Assembly (NCBI GenBank): GCA_964247055.1
Contig: OZ176052.1
Location: 6,448,001-6,512,000 of the forward strand
Source of the DNA: Paragordius varius
Taxonomy: Eukaryota > Animalia > Nematomorpha
Direction of reading: 5' to 3'
Length of the DNA stretch: 64,000 bases
Below the pieces are notes generated by a model. It saw nothing but the letters and a program-made list of their open reading frames with translations. It did no database searches and was not told where the DNA came from. Made by a program: the position numbers and the translations under genes. Positions 22,500 to 36,500 of this stretch are shown here, piece after piece. The first letter of the stretch is position 1. Every line of letters begins with the position of its first letter.

Positions 22500-23950
22500 G
22501 TATGCTCGATAGTATGTTCTTGTTATAGCTTAGATCGAAGTCAGTGTAAATATTACGTAAGTGTAAATTCGCTAGTTTGTACGGTTCGCTTCTTTGGTCA
22601 AATTATCGATCAACGCTTTTTGCACCTACCGCGTTTTTAGAATCTTCAACTTTTTCTGACATGAGCTGATACTTTAATTTTTCGACTCTAAAAATATAGC
22701 CGAAGTAAGATTTAAATTTAAGGAATGAGCCGAATAGGAATATGTCAGGTTTAATTTCAATAATTTCGGTGTTTTTAATTTATCTTCCCAATTGATTTGA
22801 AACATTTTTTCTATCACAACACTTCAAAATTATTACATCTCCCTTCTTTAGTGTCCAACTTTCTGCGGCGTAAAGCAGCAGATTAGAGATCTAACTAACG
22901 TTATTTTGGTTTTTAATGTCATGAGATGCCGAAACTTAAGAAATTTTATCTCACTATGCCGATTGTTATTCTTCACCTGATCTTTGGGCTACTATTGATC
23001 GTACATTAAGCGCGAAAGAAATGTTTTGTAGAACTATATCAATTTCATTGTCCATGAATTATGGGGTAATGTATTGATTTTGTGAGTTTATGTGCATAAT
23101 TCCTGTTTGAAATTAATTGGTTTGACCAAATTTTTCACACTCGTTGGTAATTTATATTAGAACGGAGTTTTCCAGTAAACAAATAACAATATCATGTCGT
23201 CCGCGTAGTGGAAAGACGATATTGTTTTACCGACGATTTTAAGGCCAAACGATTTGTCTATATTTCGCATGATTCTTTCATTACGAAAATGTGGAAAAAC
23301 CTAAATATAATTAACCATTTTTCTTCGCGAGAAAGTAAAATTTTGAAATATTTATATCCATTAAATCCATATCTATATATAAAAATGTTATTGTAAGGAA
23401 TTTTCCGGATGTAAACCGATCCAGTTTCATATTCCTTTATAAATGTGCCGATCACCTGTTTTTAGAATTAGAATTTATGTTTCGCACCTAGTATAAGGGG
23501 TTTTCAAAAATGCAAGCCACCAAAAAATGCGCAAATGCAAACACAAGCCATGCTAGACCTGACTCTGATGTGATTACTGCTTGGTAATCTTTGTGGGAAA
23601 ATGACACCTTTGGAAGCAATGTTGGATCCGCTGATATTTGAGCAGGGCTATGCCAATTTTCGGCATTTTTAGATCCGAAGTTGAGAATTGGTTTAAAGCA
23701 CGTAGTTGACAGTTATTTTTCCTAGCGTCCAAGTTGAAGGTACAGACATGGTTACACAAAGGTAGTCGACACTTGCTGTCCAATATCCCCTAAATCGGTC
23801 TACCTTAATGGCCACACTCAATTAGAAGCTAATAAACATCTTTGCACCAAAGATAAAATCTATTAAAATAAATTCGACAATTGAATCGACATAGTCCTTT
23901 AACAATACTTTAAGGAGTAAGGACCTTAACCATGTTTGTAGGGTTGTTCA
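22500..23950 (-). mobile_element. Decayed non-LTR retrotransposon reverse transcriptase (RTE-like LINE), with frameshifts and stops
   Basis: Minus strand: degenerate GI(R)QGSVLSP near 23420; HYADDMILL with YADD at 23207-23196; ECEKFGQ.IN; LKTKITLVRSLI followed after a frameshift by LLYAAESWTLKKGD...INWEDK, matching the RTE C-terminal LLYGxETWTL signature. Ends approximate. Confidence 0.75.
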
Positions 23951-24201
23951 TCAAATATTTTTAATATACCTAACATGCCGAAGCATTTCAGCAGGAAGAC
24001 TACACTTTTTACTAGTTATTAGACCGAACCTAGTGGAAAATTTTGATTAAATTAAATGCATATAATCCATTAAGTACAATAACACTGCTTTCAAATACTA
24101 TTTTTAAGATGAAACGTTTTAATATATATAGACAGAAACGAAATATATGTATATATATTTATTGTAAAATTAAATGAGATATTGATCACATATTGTGTAA
24201 A

Positions 24202-24975
24202 TTATGAAGATATAAAATTTTTAATTTTTGATAACAAATTAACGTAAAGTTTGTGCTCATACATAGAACTTAATTCAGCAATTTTATTAGCGAATTCGTT
24301 TCCCAAACCACGTTCTTCAAGCATGTTAAAAAGTTTTTCATACATTTGTTCATCCAATAAATCGCAGGATACAGCATAACAGTCGTCGTTATAGCTTCCT
24401 TCATAGAGAGAAATCTCGTCGATTCTAAATAAATCGGAATAACTTGCGGTATCAGGCGAGGTTTCACTACCGTCTTCTTCGTAATGATCTTCCATAAACG
24501 AACAATAAAAAGCTAAAATTTGGCCATTGCTTTTTTGGATTTCAATCGTATAATTTGGTTTTGAAATTGGAACTTGGTCAGTTTCGGGGGCTTGTTCAGC
24601 AGTTTCAGAAAAATTTTCATTATTTACATGATCCAATGAATTATTGACGTTAAAAATAACTTTGATATTTTCCGACCCAGAAGATTTTGTCAGCACAACT
24701 TTAGCATCTTCAAATTTGCTTGTAAAACCTTGAATCGTAGGCAAGGTACCTTTGTTTTCCAAACTTTTATTTTCATTCTCGATTTCTTCAGTCAAAAATG
24801 ATAAGAGGTCTTTATCAGCTAACGAAGCAACATTTGTTTTACATCTTACAAAATTTGATTGAACACATGGCATATACTTCAAAGACACCGATTTTAAGGA
24901 TTGATTGTTAGCCACTACTGCATTTCGAATCAAGGTGGTAAAAGAACGATTAAAAATTCTGGTTACTTTCGACAT
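24202..24975 (-). CDS. C1QBP: Mitochondrial acidic matrix protein p32 / MAM33 family, single exon, about 257 aa
   Basis: D-K-D-L-L-S-F-L-T-E-E-I-E-N-E helix, VIFNVNNS, SKPNYTIEI, FRIDEISLY, LDEQMYEKLFNMLEERGLGNEFA and YEHKLYVNLLSKIKNFI match the MAM33 pattern. The Arg-rich, acid-free N-terminus from ATG 24975 (MSKVTRIFNRSFTTLIRN) resembles a mitochondrial presequence. Confidence 0.88.
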   Translation of the reverse strand: MSKVTRIFNRSFTTLIRNAVVANNQSLKSVSLKYMPCVQSNFVRCKTNVASLADKDLLSFLTEEIENENKSLENKGTLPTIQGFTSKFEDAKVVLTKSSGSENIKVIFNVNNSLDHVNNENFSETAEQAPETDQVPISKPNYTIEIQKSNGQILAFYCSFMEDHYEEDGSETSPDTASYSDLFRIDEISLYEGSYNDDCYAVSCDLLDEQMYEKLFNMLEERGLGNEFANKIAELSSMYEHKLYVNLLSKIKNFISS

Positions 24976-25130
24976 GTATGATATAAACACGTGATAAGGA
25001 TATCTATGGACGAATAAACCCAACCTAAAATAAAATATATCATATTTAAATTTTCGATATATTATAAAAATTAAATTTATTATATTTTCTTTTAACTGCT
25101 GGTCCAACGTTCACACATTATTCCCAATAA
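24976..25130. promoter_or_regulatory. Putative bidirectional promoter between C1QBP and GMPS
   Basis: 155 bp between divergent predicted start codons; contains one CACGTG; inferred from geometry only. Confidence 0.55.
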
Positions 25131-27338
25131 ATGCACCACGATAGAGTAGTTATTCTGGATGCCGGTGCGCAATATGGAAAAGTAAATTATTTAAATTTAA
25201 TTTACCGTTTAGCTAATAGATCGCGCTATTCGTGAATTATGTGTAGAATCTGTCATAATGCCTATGGATACACCAGCAGATTATATACATGAACATGGTT
25301 TTAAGGCTATTATAATTTCGGGTGGGCCTGGTTCTGTTTATGACCGAAACTCACCAGTATGTCATCCATCAATCTTTTCGAATGAAAATGGTAAATGTCT
25401 ACCGATATTGGGTATTTGTTATGGATTTCAAGTATTAATTTCACATAACTCTATAAGTATATCAATTATATATTTAATGGTGTGATACAAGCCACAAATT
25501 CCAGAGAAGATGGAGTTTTTCCTATAATATTGGATACTCAATCTGCTATTTACAAGTTATATTTTAATATATTTTATTTATAACTTTTATATTAATGATG
25601 TATCTTTTTTTCTATAGGGGTTTGAATTCCCATCAACAAGTGCTCTTAACACATGGAGATAGTTTAATTGAACTGGGTAAAGAGCTAAAATCAAATGCCC
25701 TTTCTGGTCAATTAGTTATAGGTAATTTTTATTTATTTCTTAACGCATTTTTTTAATTATATTATGTTCAAAAGTTTTTTGCCTTTGAATCGCAAATTCT
25801 TTACATATAATACATTGACTACTTTAAGAATATCCGATATTTTTATTTTTGTATATTCTAGAAAAGTTAGTTGTTTTACTGTATAATGTATGTTTTTATG
25901 ACTTAAGGTGGGTTTGATTTATTTAATAATTTACATTTATTTATTCAATTCGGCATATCCCCTAAAATGACCCCAGTGGGAAAAATACATGGGTCACTAT
26001 CCGCATCAATACCCTTTAGCATTTTTTTATAAAATTATAATATTAAATTTTTTTAGGTACTTATACTAATATTCAACGGGTTTTTTAATAATTAATTTTA
26101 ATTTTAATTTTTTCTTATTTTGGACTTATCACGAGAGTTTTAGAATTCAGGGCCTTATATAAAATTAAGAAAATGCATAATGATCAGCATGATCCAATTT
26201 ATATATAAACAGAAAAAGCTGTGAACGAGGGGGTGTTTATTGTAGCGGGACAGTGCAGGCTAACTTTGAAAGCTTGTAATATTTGACTTTTTAACATAAA
26301 AATTAATATTATGCATCAATAACTCTTTCATATTATATACTTGCTTCCTTCCATTTTGAATTATTGTGGAGTGATAATTATCCAATACTCTAAAAATTTT
26401 TAAAATATTTAACACTTTATTAACTTTTGCGATATTATTCTACTGTAGGATTAATAATATCTAGGAGATTGGTACAATTTTGAAAAATATGTATTTTGAC
26501 CTTTTATCATTCTTATATAAATTGTATTGTTAAAAAAACAGTAAAAATTGAAATTATACAGACAAAATTTAAAAACAAGAAGACAAATAATTTTTTCAAA
26601 ACGTTGTACTTTTTTAAACGTTAATTTTTACTGTATATGCTATTTAATTTTAATCCTAAAATATAAAAATGATTATTACCAATATACATTTTCTAATTCA
26701 TACTCTGCATTTAAAAACAATGAGTTATGATTAAAAAAATTAATTTTAAAAAGTATAGCTCTTTTTAAAAGAAATAAGTATTTTTTACATTATGTCTGTA
26801 TATTTATTTACAATGTTTGTAATTGAAATGGCTTTTAATATGATGATTATTATATGTATAAGTAACATTAATTTATTGTATATTGTAATGCAATGTAATG
26901 TAAGGTTTGGAACACGAAACTCTTCCCATTTATGGCGTGCAATATCACGTGGAAGTCGATCTTACTCCGTGTGGTCGTGAAGTTTTGAGTAATTTTCTAT
27001 TTGGTATTGCTAAATGCACACCCAATTTTACCTTACCTAATCGCGAGATTGATTGCTTAAAACAGATTACTGATCGTGTTAAGGATGGCAAAGTTTTGGT
27101 AAGATTTATTTTGACAATAATTATTGATAAAAGATTTCGAAGAAAAATTTTAGTGTTTTTTTGTAAACCTTGGAGTTAGAATTGGAATCAATCCTGGTTC
27201 CGGTTTTAAACTTAAAAATTTTGAAACATTTTTGACTTGTACAACTTTTTAGAATAACATAAGAAAAGATATCTAATAAACATTTTTATATCCTTCTTTT
27301 ATTCCGCTGCTATAATACCACATTTATGTAAAATATAA

Positions 27339-27376
<38 letters not shown>

Positions 27377-30300
27377 TTTTTATATGCCCTTTTAATTGCG
27401 CATTAAAAATGTCACATAATTTAATAAAAAATAATTTTTAGCTACTTCTGAGTGGTGGAGTGGATTCTAGCACCTGTTTAGCGTTGCTTAAAAAATGTTT
27501 ACAACCATCACAAATCATTGCTCTTCACATTGATAACGGATTTTTGAGGCATCAGGAAAGTGCATTAATAGAGAAACAATTGACTCAAATCTTACAAATC
27601 CCTATAAAAGGTCGATTGCCCTTATTTTATTTTACATAATATATTGATTTTTTTGAATATAAACTATCGTTTTGGGTTGTGAAAAGAGAGGAATAGAGAT
27701 GAATATTGGTAACATTCTTAATTATATATTTCACAATTTTAATCATTCAAGCTGTATATAGAATCAATGTTTAAAAAAATATCGCTGTCTTCGTAAAAAA
27801 ATTTGTTATTTTTGTTTTTTTAAGTTTATTTTTTTACTGCATATAAATAATGTTTGCATTAATATATATATATTTAGTGGTAAATGCCACCAATAGATTT
27901 CTCCAATATTCATTGCCTTACACAGATTTTTTTGATATGACATATCCTGGTGCCATGAAATGTTGCTTAGGTAGAATAAAATATTTTGAAGTTATTTTTA
28001 TGATGTATCAGTTATTGGGGTACATGATTTTTAAACAACTATTATATTTGTCACGGATAATGTTTTTTTATTTCATTGCCAATATTAACCTTTGTAATTT
28101 CTTTCAAATATACCATTTACAATTCAAATTTACCCTTAACAATTTAAATTAACCCTAAAAACAAATTGTGTTTTCGGACTAATATAACTCTTCATTAATA
28201 AGAAGATATGTGGCATAGTTTATTATTTTTTCAATATTATATTAATAAACGAAATTTCATTATATAAAAATATAAAAAAATTTAGGTGATTTTAATCTTG
28301 AAAAACACATAGTTTATTTTAAGATTTTGAATTGTTTAAGGGTGAATTTGAACTGTAAATGGTATACATGGAGTATAAAATGAGGCGAGTTTTTTACTAT
28401 TCACAAGCTACTTTGTGAAAAAACTAAGTTGCAAATTAGTTCGTTTTGTAAAACATTCAACTGGTCTTTGCTGTTACTTTACCAAAAGTCATCCATCCAA
28501 GACTATGGTAGCATTATGACTTTGTCGGTCGTTTTTTTAACAAAAACTATGTAATTTTTTGTCATTTTAAAAGGTAAATTTATTTCATCAAACGTTGGTG
28601 GTGTTGGAGTCGCACATCAAAATATTATGTCCTCATCTGGCCCCTCGGCAGTCAAAAAATCTACGAGTCTTACAATGGATTATTACATGGGAGCAAATGA
28701 AGATAATACTATAAAGGGTGAAAATGGTGCACGTTGTGAAAGTCCTTTTGATTCAAACATTAATTGTTGCTGTTGTTGTACTTGTTCGCCCCTTAATGCG
28801 GCAAACCAAAAAATAGGTTGGTTATATTTTTAAAAAAGTGATTTTTTTTATCCTCAAATCATCATTTGACATTAAGCGCAATTAAATAAACTTATCATAT
28901 TTTATGTACTAAAAACATAAATCAAAGTTTAATTATTGATTTTACTCTATTTCAGGGCTTATATGGGTCGCGACCCCATTTGGGGTGGCGAGTGATAAAA
29001 ATACAATTTAACAAAAAAATGTTTTTTAACTTGTAAAATTATTGTTATAAAGAAAAACAATCATCATAGATAAATATATCAGAATTAAGACGGTCAGAAT
29101 CCACTTTTGTTTTTGAAACTATAATAAAACCATTTCTATAACATTTTGTGCTAATTTCAATTTTAGATTTTTATATGTTTCAAAAATATAATCAAAATAT
29201 ATTAATTTATTTTTCTTTTATTATTGTTGGGGTGATTAAGAAACTTCTAATCATAAATGGGGTCGGGAATTACAAAAGTTTAAGAAGCCCTGCTCTATTT
29301 TATGAAAAATATCAAGTTATGACTTGGTATTTTGGCTATTATCTTTTAAGTGTAATACTTGGAAATTATCATTATTTATTGATGTATGGCGAAATCTGGT
29401 ATACTATGGTGTTTTATCTCATTATTCACACTAAAAAATCACAAAAATTTGGCAATATCATTTACCATTTTATATACTCTCTTTTTAAACTAATATAATT
29501 AAATTTACTGCATATTCAATCTTTGGAGGAATTTTGAACTACTTTATGTTATAGATTTAGGCTTTTTACACTATTAATTTTTTAAATTTCAAATTTTTAC
29601 ACTAAAAAATAAGAAATCCTTACCAGTATGGCATTTGCCTTCAAAATAAATAAATTATAATACTATTTTTCAGTTTAATTTTAAAAAGGCTGTCCTCCAT
29701 TTCAACAATTAGTTTTTATGTTTTCAAATGATAAAAACTTATTTGCTTGAATTAGATTCCAATCTCATTTGCAAAACGTTTGATTTAATTGGTCAGCTCA
29801 ATTCTTCTTACAATCAAATAGGAACGGGAACCAACGTTGTCACGAGCCCATCTAGTCCTCCCTCCAACCCAATCTTAAATAATGAAACGGGTATTTATCT
29901 ATTTACTTTAACTTATTATAATATTGTGTATGAATAAATTTTAACCTTTTTTTGGATTTTTATTTCTTTCAAAAAAAAGGTTAATCAATTTTTTTAATAA
30001 TAAATTTTATATATTTTTGAATCAAATTTTCGAAAAGATACGGAAATGTTTGCATTTTTTAATATATATTTTATATATATAGTTAAGGCCGTTTAGATAT
30101 AATATTTTTCTAACTTTACATGTCTTAAACTTTCAAACCTTTTGCATGTTTTTCAATGGTATGATTTCAATCAATCTTAATAATACAACTTTTTATTAAC
30201 TAATAATATTCAAAATATAGCTCTTTTTTGGGTTAGTTTTATTTATTTTTCCAAATTTCATTCAATTTGATGACCTTTGATTAAAAAAATGTGTAAACTT

Positions 30301-33300
30301 TCATATTAATCATTTACAAAATTTTGAACAATTACCACATAATGGTATATGTTTCTTCAATGAATAACATTTTTTTGTAAAATCTTAAAACATAATAAAA
30401 ATTATTGAATACAACTTTTGAATTACATTTTTTCGTTACGAATGATACAATTTTTATTTAATAATTAACCTGTAGATAAAATAAATGTAACTTCCACAAA
30501 TCCGCACTTAAAGATTTGCGAAGATTCAACAGGTGATAACAATAATAGAGCTCCATCCCCTCGAAATGCTAAGCATGGAAATAAGAAACATGATTTTAAC
30601 AATATAAGTATATATCTCTATTTTTATCGCAAAATACATTTATTAAGTTTATTTTTTGTATATCATCAGAAATCACCTATCATTTAATTTAAACTCCAAG
30701 ATTTATACATTTTTTGGTTATATTTAATTTAAACACCCTTAAAAGTTGGTCGTCTATTTACGGTTCTTTCGAAAAAAATCCTTTATTTAAAAATCTTAAA
30801 AAAAGTTTTATCTTATATTGTTGGTTTTAAAATATTTTATTGATCGTGGTTGACTGAATGCGAAACTGATCAATATGTCATCTATTTATTTGTCTTAGAA
30901 ATTAAGCATTGTGATTGCTGTTGTATACATCGCAATGTTATAGACAATAAGGGTGTAAGTATTGATAACATTGTTGTTCCTTCCAATCAAACGTCCAATG
31001 GTAGTTTAAATGCGGCACTTTGCACATGTTGTGCACGAAACATGAAACAAATGAAGGACGAATCCGTTAATAAACTTTCCATATCTGGAGCCGATCACAA
31101 TACTATTTCATCCACAACTTTGTTAAAGCACAGAAGTATGTTGAAGTGTTAAATTAATTAACATGTTTTGTAATATTGGTAGAAATATTTAAACATTTCT
31201 AGGATAAATGGTGTGTTATAACATATATGCATGTGGGCAATTAAATTTTTTTATAGTAACTATTTTTTATTTGCCATATATATACCATTTACAGGTCAAA
31301 TTTGAACAATTCAAATTCACCCTAGAACAATTCGAATTCACCCTAAAAATAAATTATGTGTTTTCGAACTAATATAACTTAATAATATAAAATATATCTT
31401 TATGGCATATTTTATTATTTTTAAAACAAAATGTTATTTTTTATATATAAAAATATAGGTAATTTTTAATCTTAAAAAACATAATATATTTGAGGGTGAA
31501 TTTAAATTGTTCGAGGGGGAATTTGAACGGTTCATGGGTGAATTTGAATTGTTTAAGGGTGAATATGATTGTAAATATATAGATTAATGTTGCAAACAAA
31601 AAACACCCATTAAGTGGCAAAATAACAATAATTTACCAGAACACCATTTCTTAATATTTATTTGGCGCAATTATCATTTGATAATTTAACAAATTAATTC
31701 AGTTTTTTCTAATTTATGGTAGTAAATTTAATGTTTAATATTTCCGTAATATTTTTAGCAACCTTATTTATTCGACGCTTAATTTTTATATGATAATTTA
31801 TCACTCAATTCAATAAGTTTTATACCAAAATTAAGTTATTTTTTGAGTGCATATCATTTTTTATTTAATCAGATATCCCTCCATCGCGAGCGATGGAAGA
31901 AGCATTAATAAAGCTCGGACTCGGTCAACATTGTTACAAAAATTATGATGGATCCGTTCTACTTAAACCGCTTTGCAAAGTAATTAATCCTGAAATCAAA
32001 CGTCGTATCATTGGTGATATATTTGTTCAGGTATACTTAATACAGATTTAAACAGTCGGTCTCTTCAAAATACTATCTATAATACAGTAGGCATTTCAAT
32101 GATTTCTTATTTCACACTATACTTGGTCAATTTACCACACAGTAGTGTATGGAAAAAACAATATAATGTTGAATAAACAATTTTTCCTTACTTACATTAC
32201 TACTTTAATTATTTTATTCAATATTTTGTTGTTTTTTTCCATACACTACTGAATTGCGAATGGTCCAACTATAATGTAAAATGAGCAGCCATTAAAATGC
32301 ATATTGGAATTATTAAGACATAAAAACAGCCATACTTTTTAAACCTTAATTTTTTGTATGACATATCGTTTATTTGCAAAACAAATATTTGTAAATTCAA
32401 TATTTATAATCAATTAAATTATATAATAAAGATCAATAATAAGTATGGCTGTTATTATAAAAATACTTCTCCTTTAATTTTAGGCTTTTTTCCTTATAAT
32501 TCCAAATTTTAATGTATTTTATTTAAACTTTTATATATATATATATATAAACTAATTATTTTTATATAGGTGGCCGATGAGATTATTGCCGATTTGAAAT
32601 TAGATCCAAACAATGTTTATTTTTGTCAAGGTATGTCCAATGTTTAAATTGTTACAAAATTTTCTATTATTTTGATTTTCTTACTAATAGTGTTACATAA
32701 CCATATATACAGGTACTCTAAGGCCTGATCTTATTGAGAGTGCTAGTCATTTGGTTAGCGATAAAGCTGAAGTAATTAAAACGCATCACAATGATACCAA
32801 ACTTATGCGTATGCTTAGGGCTCAGGTTTTTTTTTATTTTTTTTTTCAACATTAAATTATTGAGTTACAGTATTTTACTGAAAAAATCTCCTTTATAATG
32901 ACCCTTATTTACAAGAAAATGACTCAGTATTTGCAAATCGTCCCTTTTTTTGTTTTAGTATTAAATTTAATTTTATATAATTTTGTTGTTTTTATATTTA
33001 AATATGTTTGAACCAGGGGTGCCCAACATGCGGCCGAACAAAATATTTTGTGCGCTTGTAATGAATCTAATTTACATATACCATTTACAATTACAAATAA
33101 ATTATGTGTTTTCAGCCTAATATAACTCAGTATTATTAAGAAATAATCTTATGGCATTGTTTATTATTTTTTCAGTATTATATTAATTTTAAACATAATT
33201 TATTTATTTTTCTATATAAAAAATTATAGGTAATTTCTAATTTTAAAAAACACATAATTTATTTTAGGGTGAATTTGAATTGTTTGAGGGTGAGTTTAAA

Positions 33301-33437
33301 TTGTTTAAGGGTGAATTTGAACTGTAAATGGTATACGATATTTAATAATTTGCAAAAATATGCCTACGTTGTCTTTTTTTAATCTAATTTAAATAATTCT
33401 ATTCAAATTTGGAACTAACAAAAAGGTCAAATAAATA

Positions 33438-33501
<64 letters not shown>

Positions 33502-36500
33502 TTTGTGCTCTGAATTTTTTATAGTCTTATGTTTAGATTCTAATTTATTTTTAATATTTTTCGAATGCGGTCGTCCAATTTTTTGAGTTGAAAATGCGGC
33601 TCGTGATGACATTTGTGGACACCCCTGGTTTAACAAAAATTAAACTAATTATACGATATTTATTTCTTAACTGAATAAAAACCACTAAATTGATTAGTGT
33701 ATTCGCATTTTGCTCAAATTTCAGGAGTTGTTTTAGATCTATATATAATATCGAGAAATTATATGATAATTAGCATGATCTCCTAATTTTAAGACGTATC
33801 AAAAATGTTCTAAAGATTGTGTATGAATGTTTTTTACACACGTATTTAGGGAAAAGTTATTGAACCACTCAAAGATTTCCACAAAGATGAAGTCAGATCA
33901 CTGGCAAAAGACTTACATCTACCGCAAGAAATTGTCGAGCGCAGACCATTTCCTGGTATATATACCTATTATATTTATTTAAAGTGATTATAAAAAATTT
34001 TATTTTAAAATTATACCGTATTATAAATTATTGTTTTTTAAACTTTGAAACACTATAGAAGTTATGGACTTTAATAATATAAATATATATAATTAATCAC
34101 TCATAATTATAATAATTTTTTTTATATTACCCAATCTCTTTTTACGGTATATGTGAATTAAAGAAAAACTTTATAAATGGAAAAACACCTAAAACCGCTA
34201 AAAATGGGTTAATTATATAATTTATTTCACACTTCGGTTAATATTTTGCTTATTCATAAACCTAAGCCAAATAAATTGTAAATATTTATATTAATCACTT
34301 TAGGTCCTGGTCTTGCTATTAGAATTATATGTGCTATGGAACCTTTCATGGATAAATCGTTTACGGAAACAAACTTTATTTTAAAACTGTTGGTTCAAGT
34401 GCTTCCAGAAGAATACCACAAAATTAGCCACGTAATTCTTTATTCTTTAGCACTCTTTAATTTTAAGTTAATTTTTTTCATTCAAAGCAAACTTTTTTCT
34501 TTTAAATACATCTTTTAATCCTTAAAACGATTATTGGTTTTGTTTCAGAAATAAAAAATATTGCTTTTGAATAAAAATAAGGTATAATTGCAGATTTATT
34601 TTTGTAAATATTTATTTTTCTTTTATAAAATTTTTAGTCCAAAACTATCGTTAAAAAATTGCAAGATTCGCTTACACCAAGTGATAGACAAATGTTACGG
34701 GAGGTCATTCTAGGAAACACGGAAAATCAGACATCCAACATTAAATACTCTGCTATTTTGTTACCCATTAAATCTGTCGGTGTCCAAGTATATTTTATAT
34801 AAAAATTATATTTTTAATTTTATTTTTGCCGAACTGTTTACGGTCAAATCTTTTTTTGTAAAAAACATGGGATCGCAGCAAAAAATTTGCATTATCAAAT
34901 TGAGAAATATCACTATAGTCTGCGTAAAAAAATGTTTTTTTCTAAAACATACATAAAAAATAGCTTGATTACAAAGAAGCGTTTAAACGTATTATTTGTT
35001 CCAAAAAATATAAAACAATTTTATGCTTAGTGGTACGCTGGTATGCACCATTTAAAATCAAAAAGTTATTTAAAAGGAGTTTTATAAAACTAATTAATAT
35101 TATCCGCATTAATTAGGTTTGTTCTTCCGGTAATTTAAAAAAATCTAAAATGTTAAAAAAAAATTAATATATAATATATTTTTACCTCCTCACCGTTTCC
35201 CAGGGTGATAAACGATCATACAGTTATGTTTGTGCTTTATCATGTACGCTTTCTTCCACCACAACACCAAAAAATCTATCATTTTCACTGAGTAATGAAA
35301 AATCTCCAACATCAAAACAACATGTAAGTCCGCCTTCTGGTAACAGTATCGGTTCCCTTAATCGACCCAAGAGTCCAATTACACCAACTTTAATGCCTTC
35401 TTCAACCGGTAATAAACGTGTTTTATCCGCATCTCAACAAGCACAACAAGATTTACATCAATCTCCTTCAGTTCCCATTACAACTTCTTTACTTGTGAGA
35501 TTTTTTTTAAATTTTAAAAAATTTCATTCGCGATATTCGCGAAATAAATATTTGTTTGACCGTATTTTAAGATCATATTTTTATGGATGATTTACATATT
35601 TGTACGATATGGGTAAGATCATTTGCATATATGTTAATTGTTTATGCCGCATTGGATTTTTATAGAAAAGGCATGATGAAACTCGAATGTTAAATGATTA
35701 AACAATATTTTCAAACTAAAACAATGCTAAGTTATTATATATATTATATAAAAAATTCACCTATAATCATTAGACTTCCGATCCCAACGAAGATATAAAT
35801 TTACGAATAAGGCGAGAGAAAGATCAAATACCATTTTCTGCATCGGTTCCCTGGGATAACTTGTTTAAGTTGGCAAAAATTATACCTAAAGTTTGTCACA
35901 ATGTAAACAGGTTGGTGTTATTGTTTCATTCATGTTTATTGGTTGATTTAATGGCTTTTTATTTACTTTTTGCGTTTGTTAAGTCTATAATTAAAAGATG
36001 TTTCTTTATCCCATTTTATCTTTTTATTCACACCGTATATAGAATAGTTTATATTTTTGGACCTGAATATAAACATCCCATTACCGAAGTGGTTCCAACC
36101 TACATTACGCCCCTAACCCTAGGGTTAATACGTAAGGCTGATCATGTTGCTCACACAATATTGTCCAAATACTCAGCATCTAGTAATGCATCTAAAACAT
36201 CGAACAATGATAACACAACTCAAAACAGCTCACCTTTAAATGTGATTTCTACTACGAATGAAAGTAAGTACCGAAAATTAAAAAAAGTTCAATTATAATT
36301 AATTATTTTTTCTTTATTGACGTCGCTTTTTCTATCCTCAAACTTTTGTTGCATATAAATAGATGCGATTAACAATTCAAAAATTAGTCAAATGCCTGTA
36401 GTTTTATTGCCATTACAATTCGACCGATCACTTGACAATCTATCCATTAGTATTTCCACAAATTCTGTCACACAATCTGAAAGTAATTATCTATTTGGTT

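Noticed and set aside
24976-25107. N-terminal extension of C1QBP in the ORF track (301 aa)
   Set aside because: Starts at a non-ATG codon, is AT-rich and runs into the GMPS promoter region; ATG 24975 gives a normal presequence.
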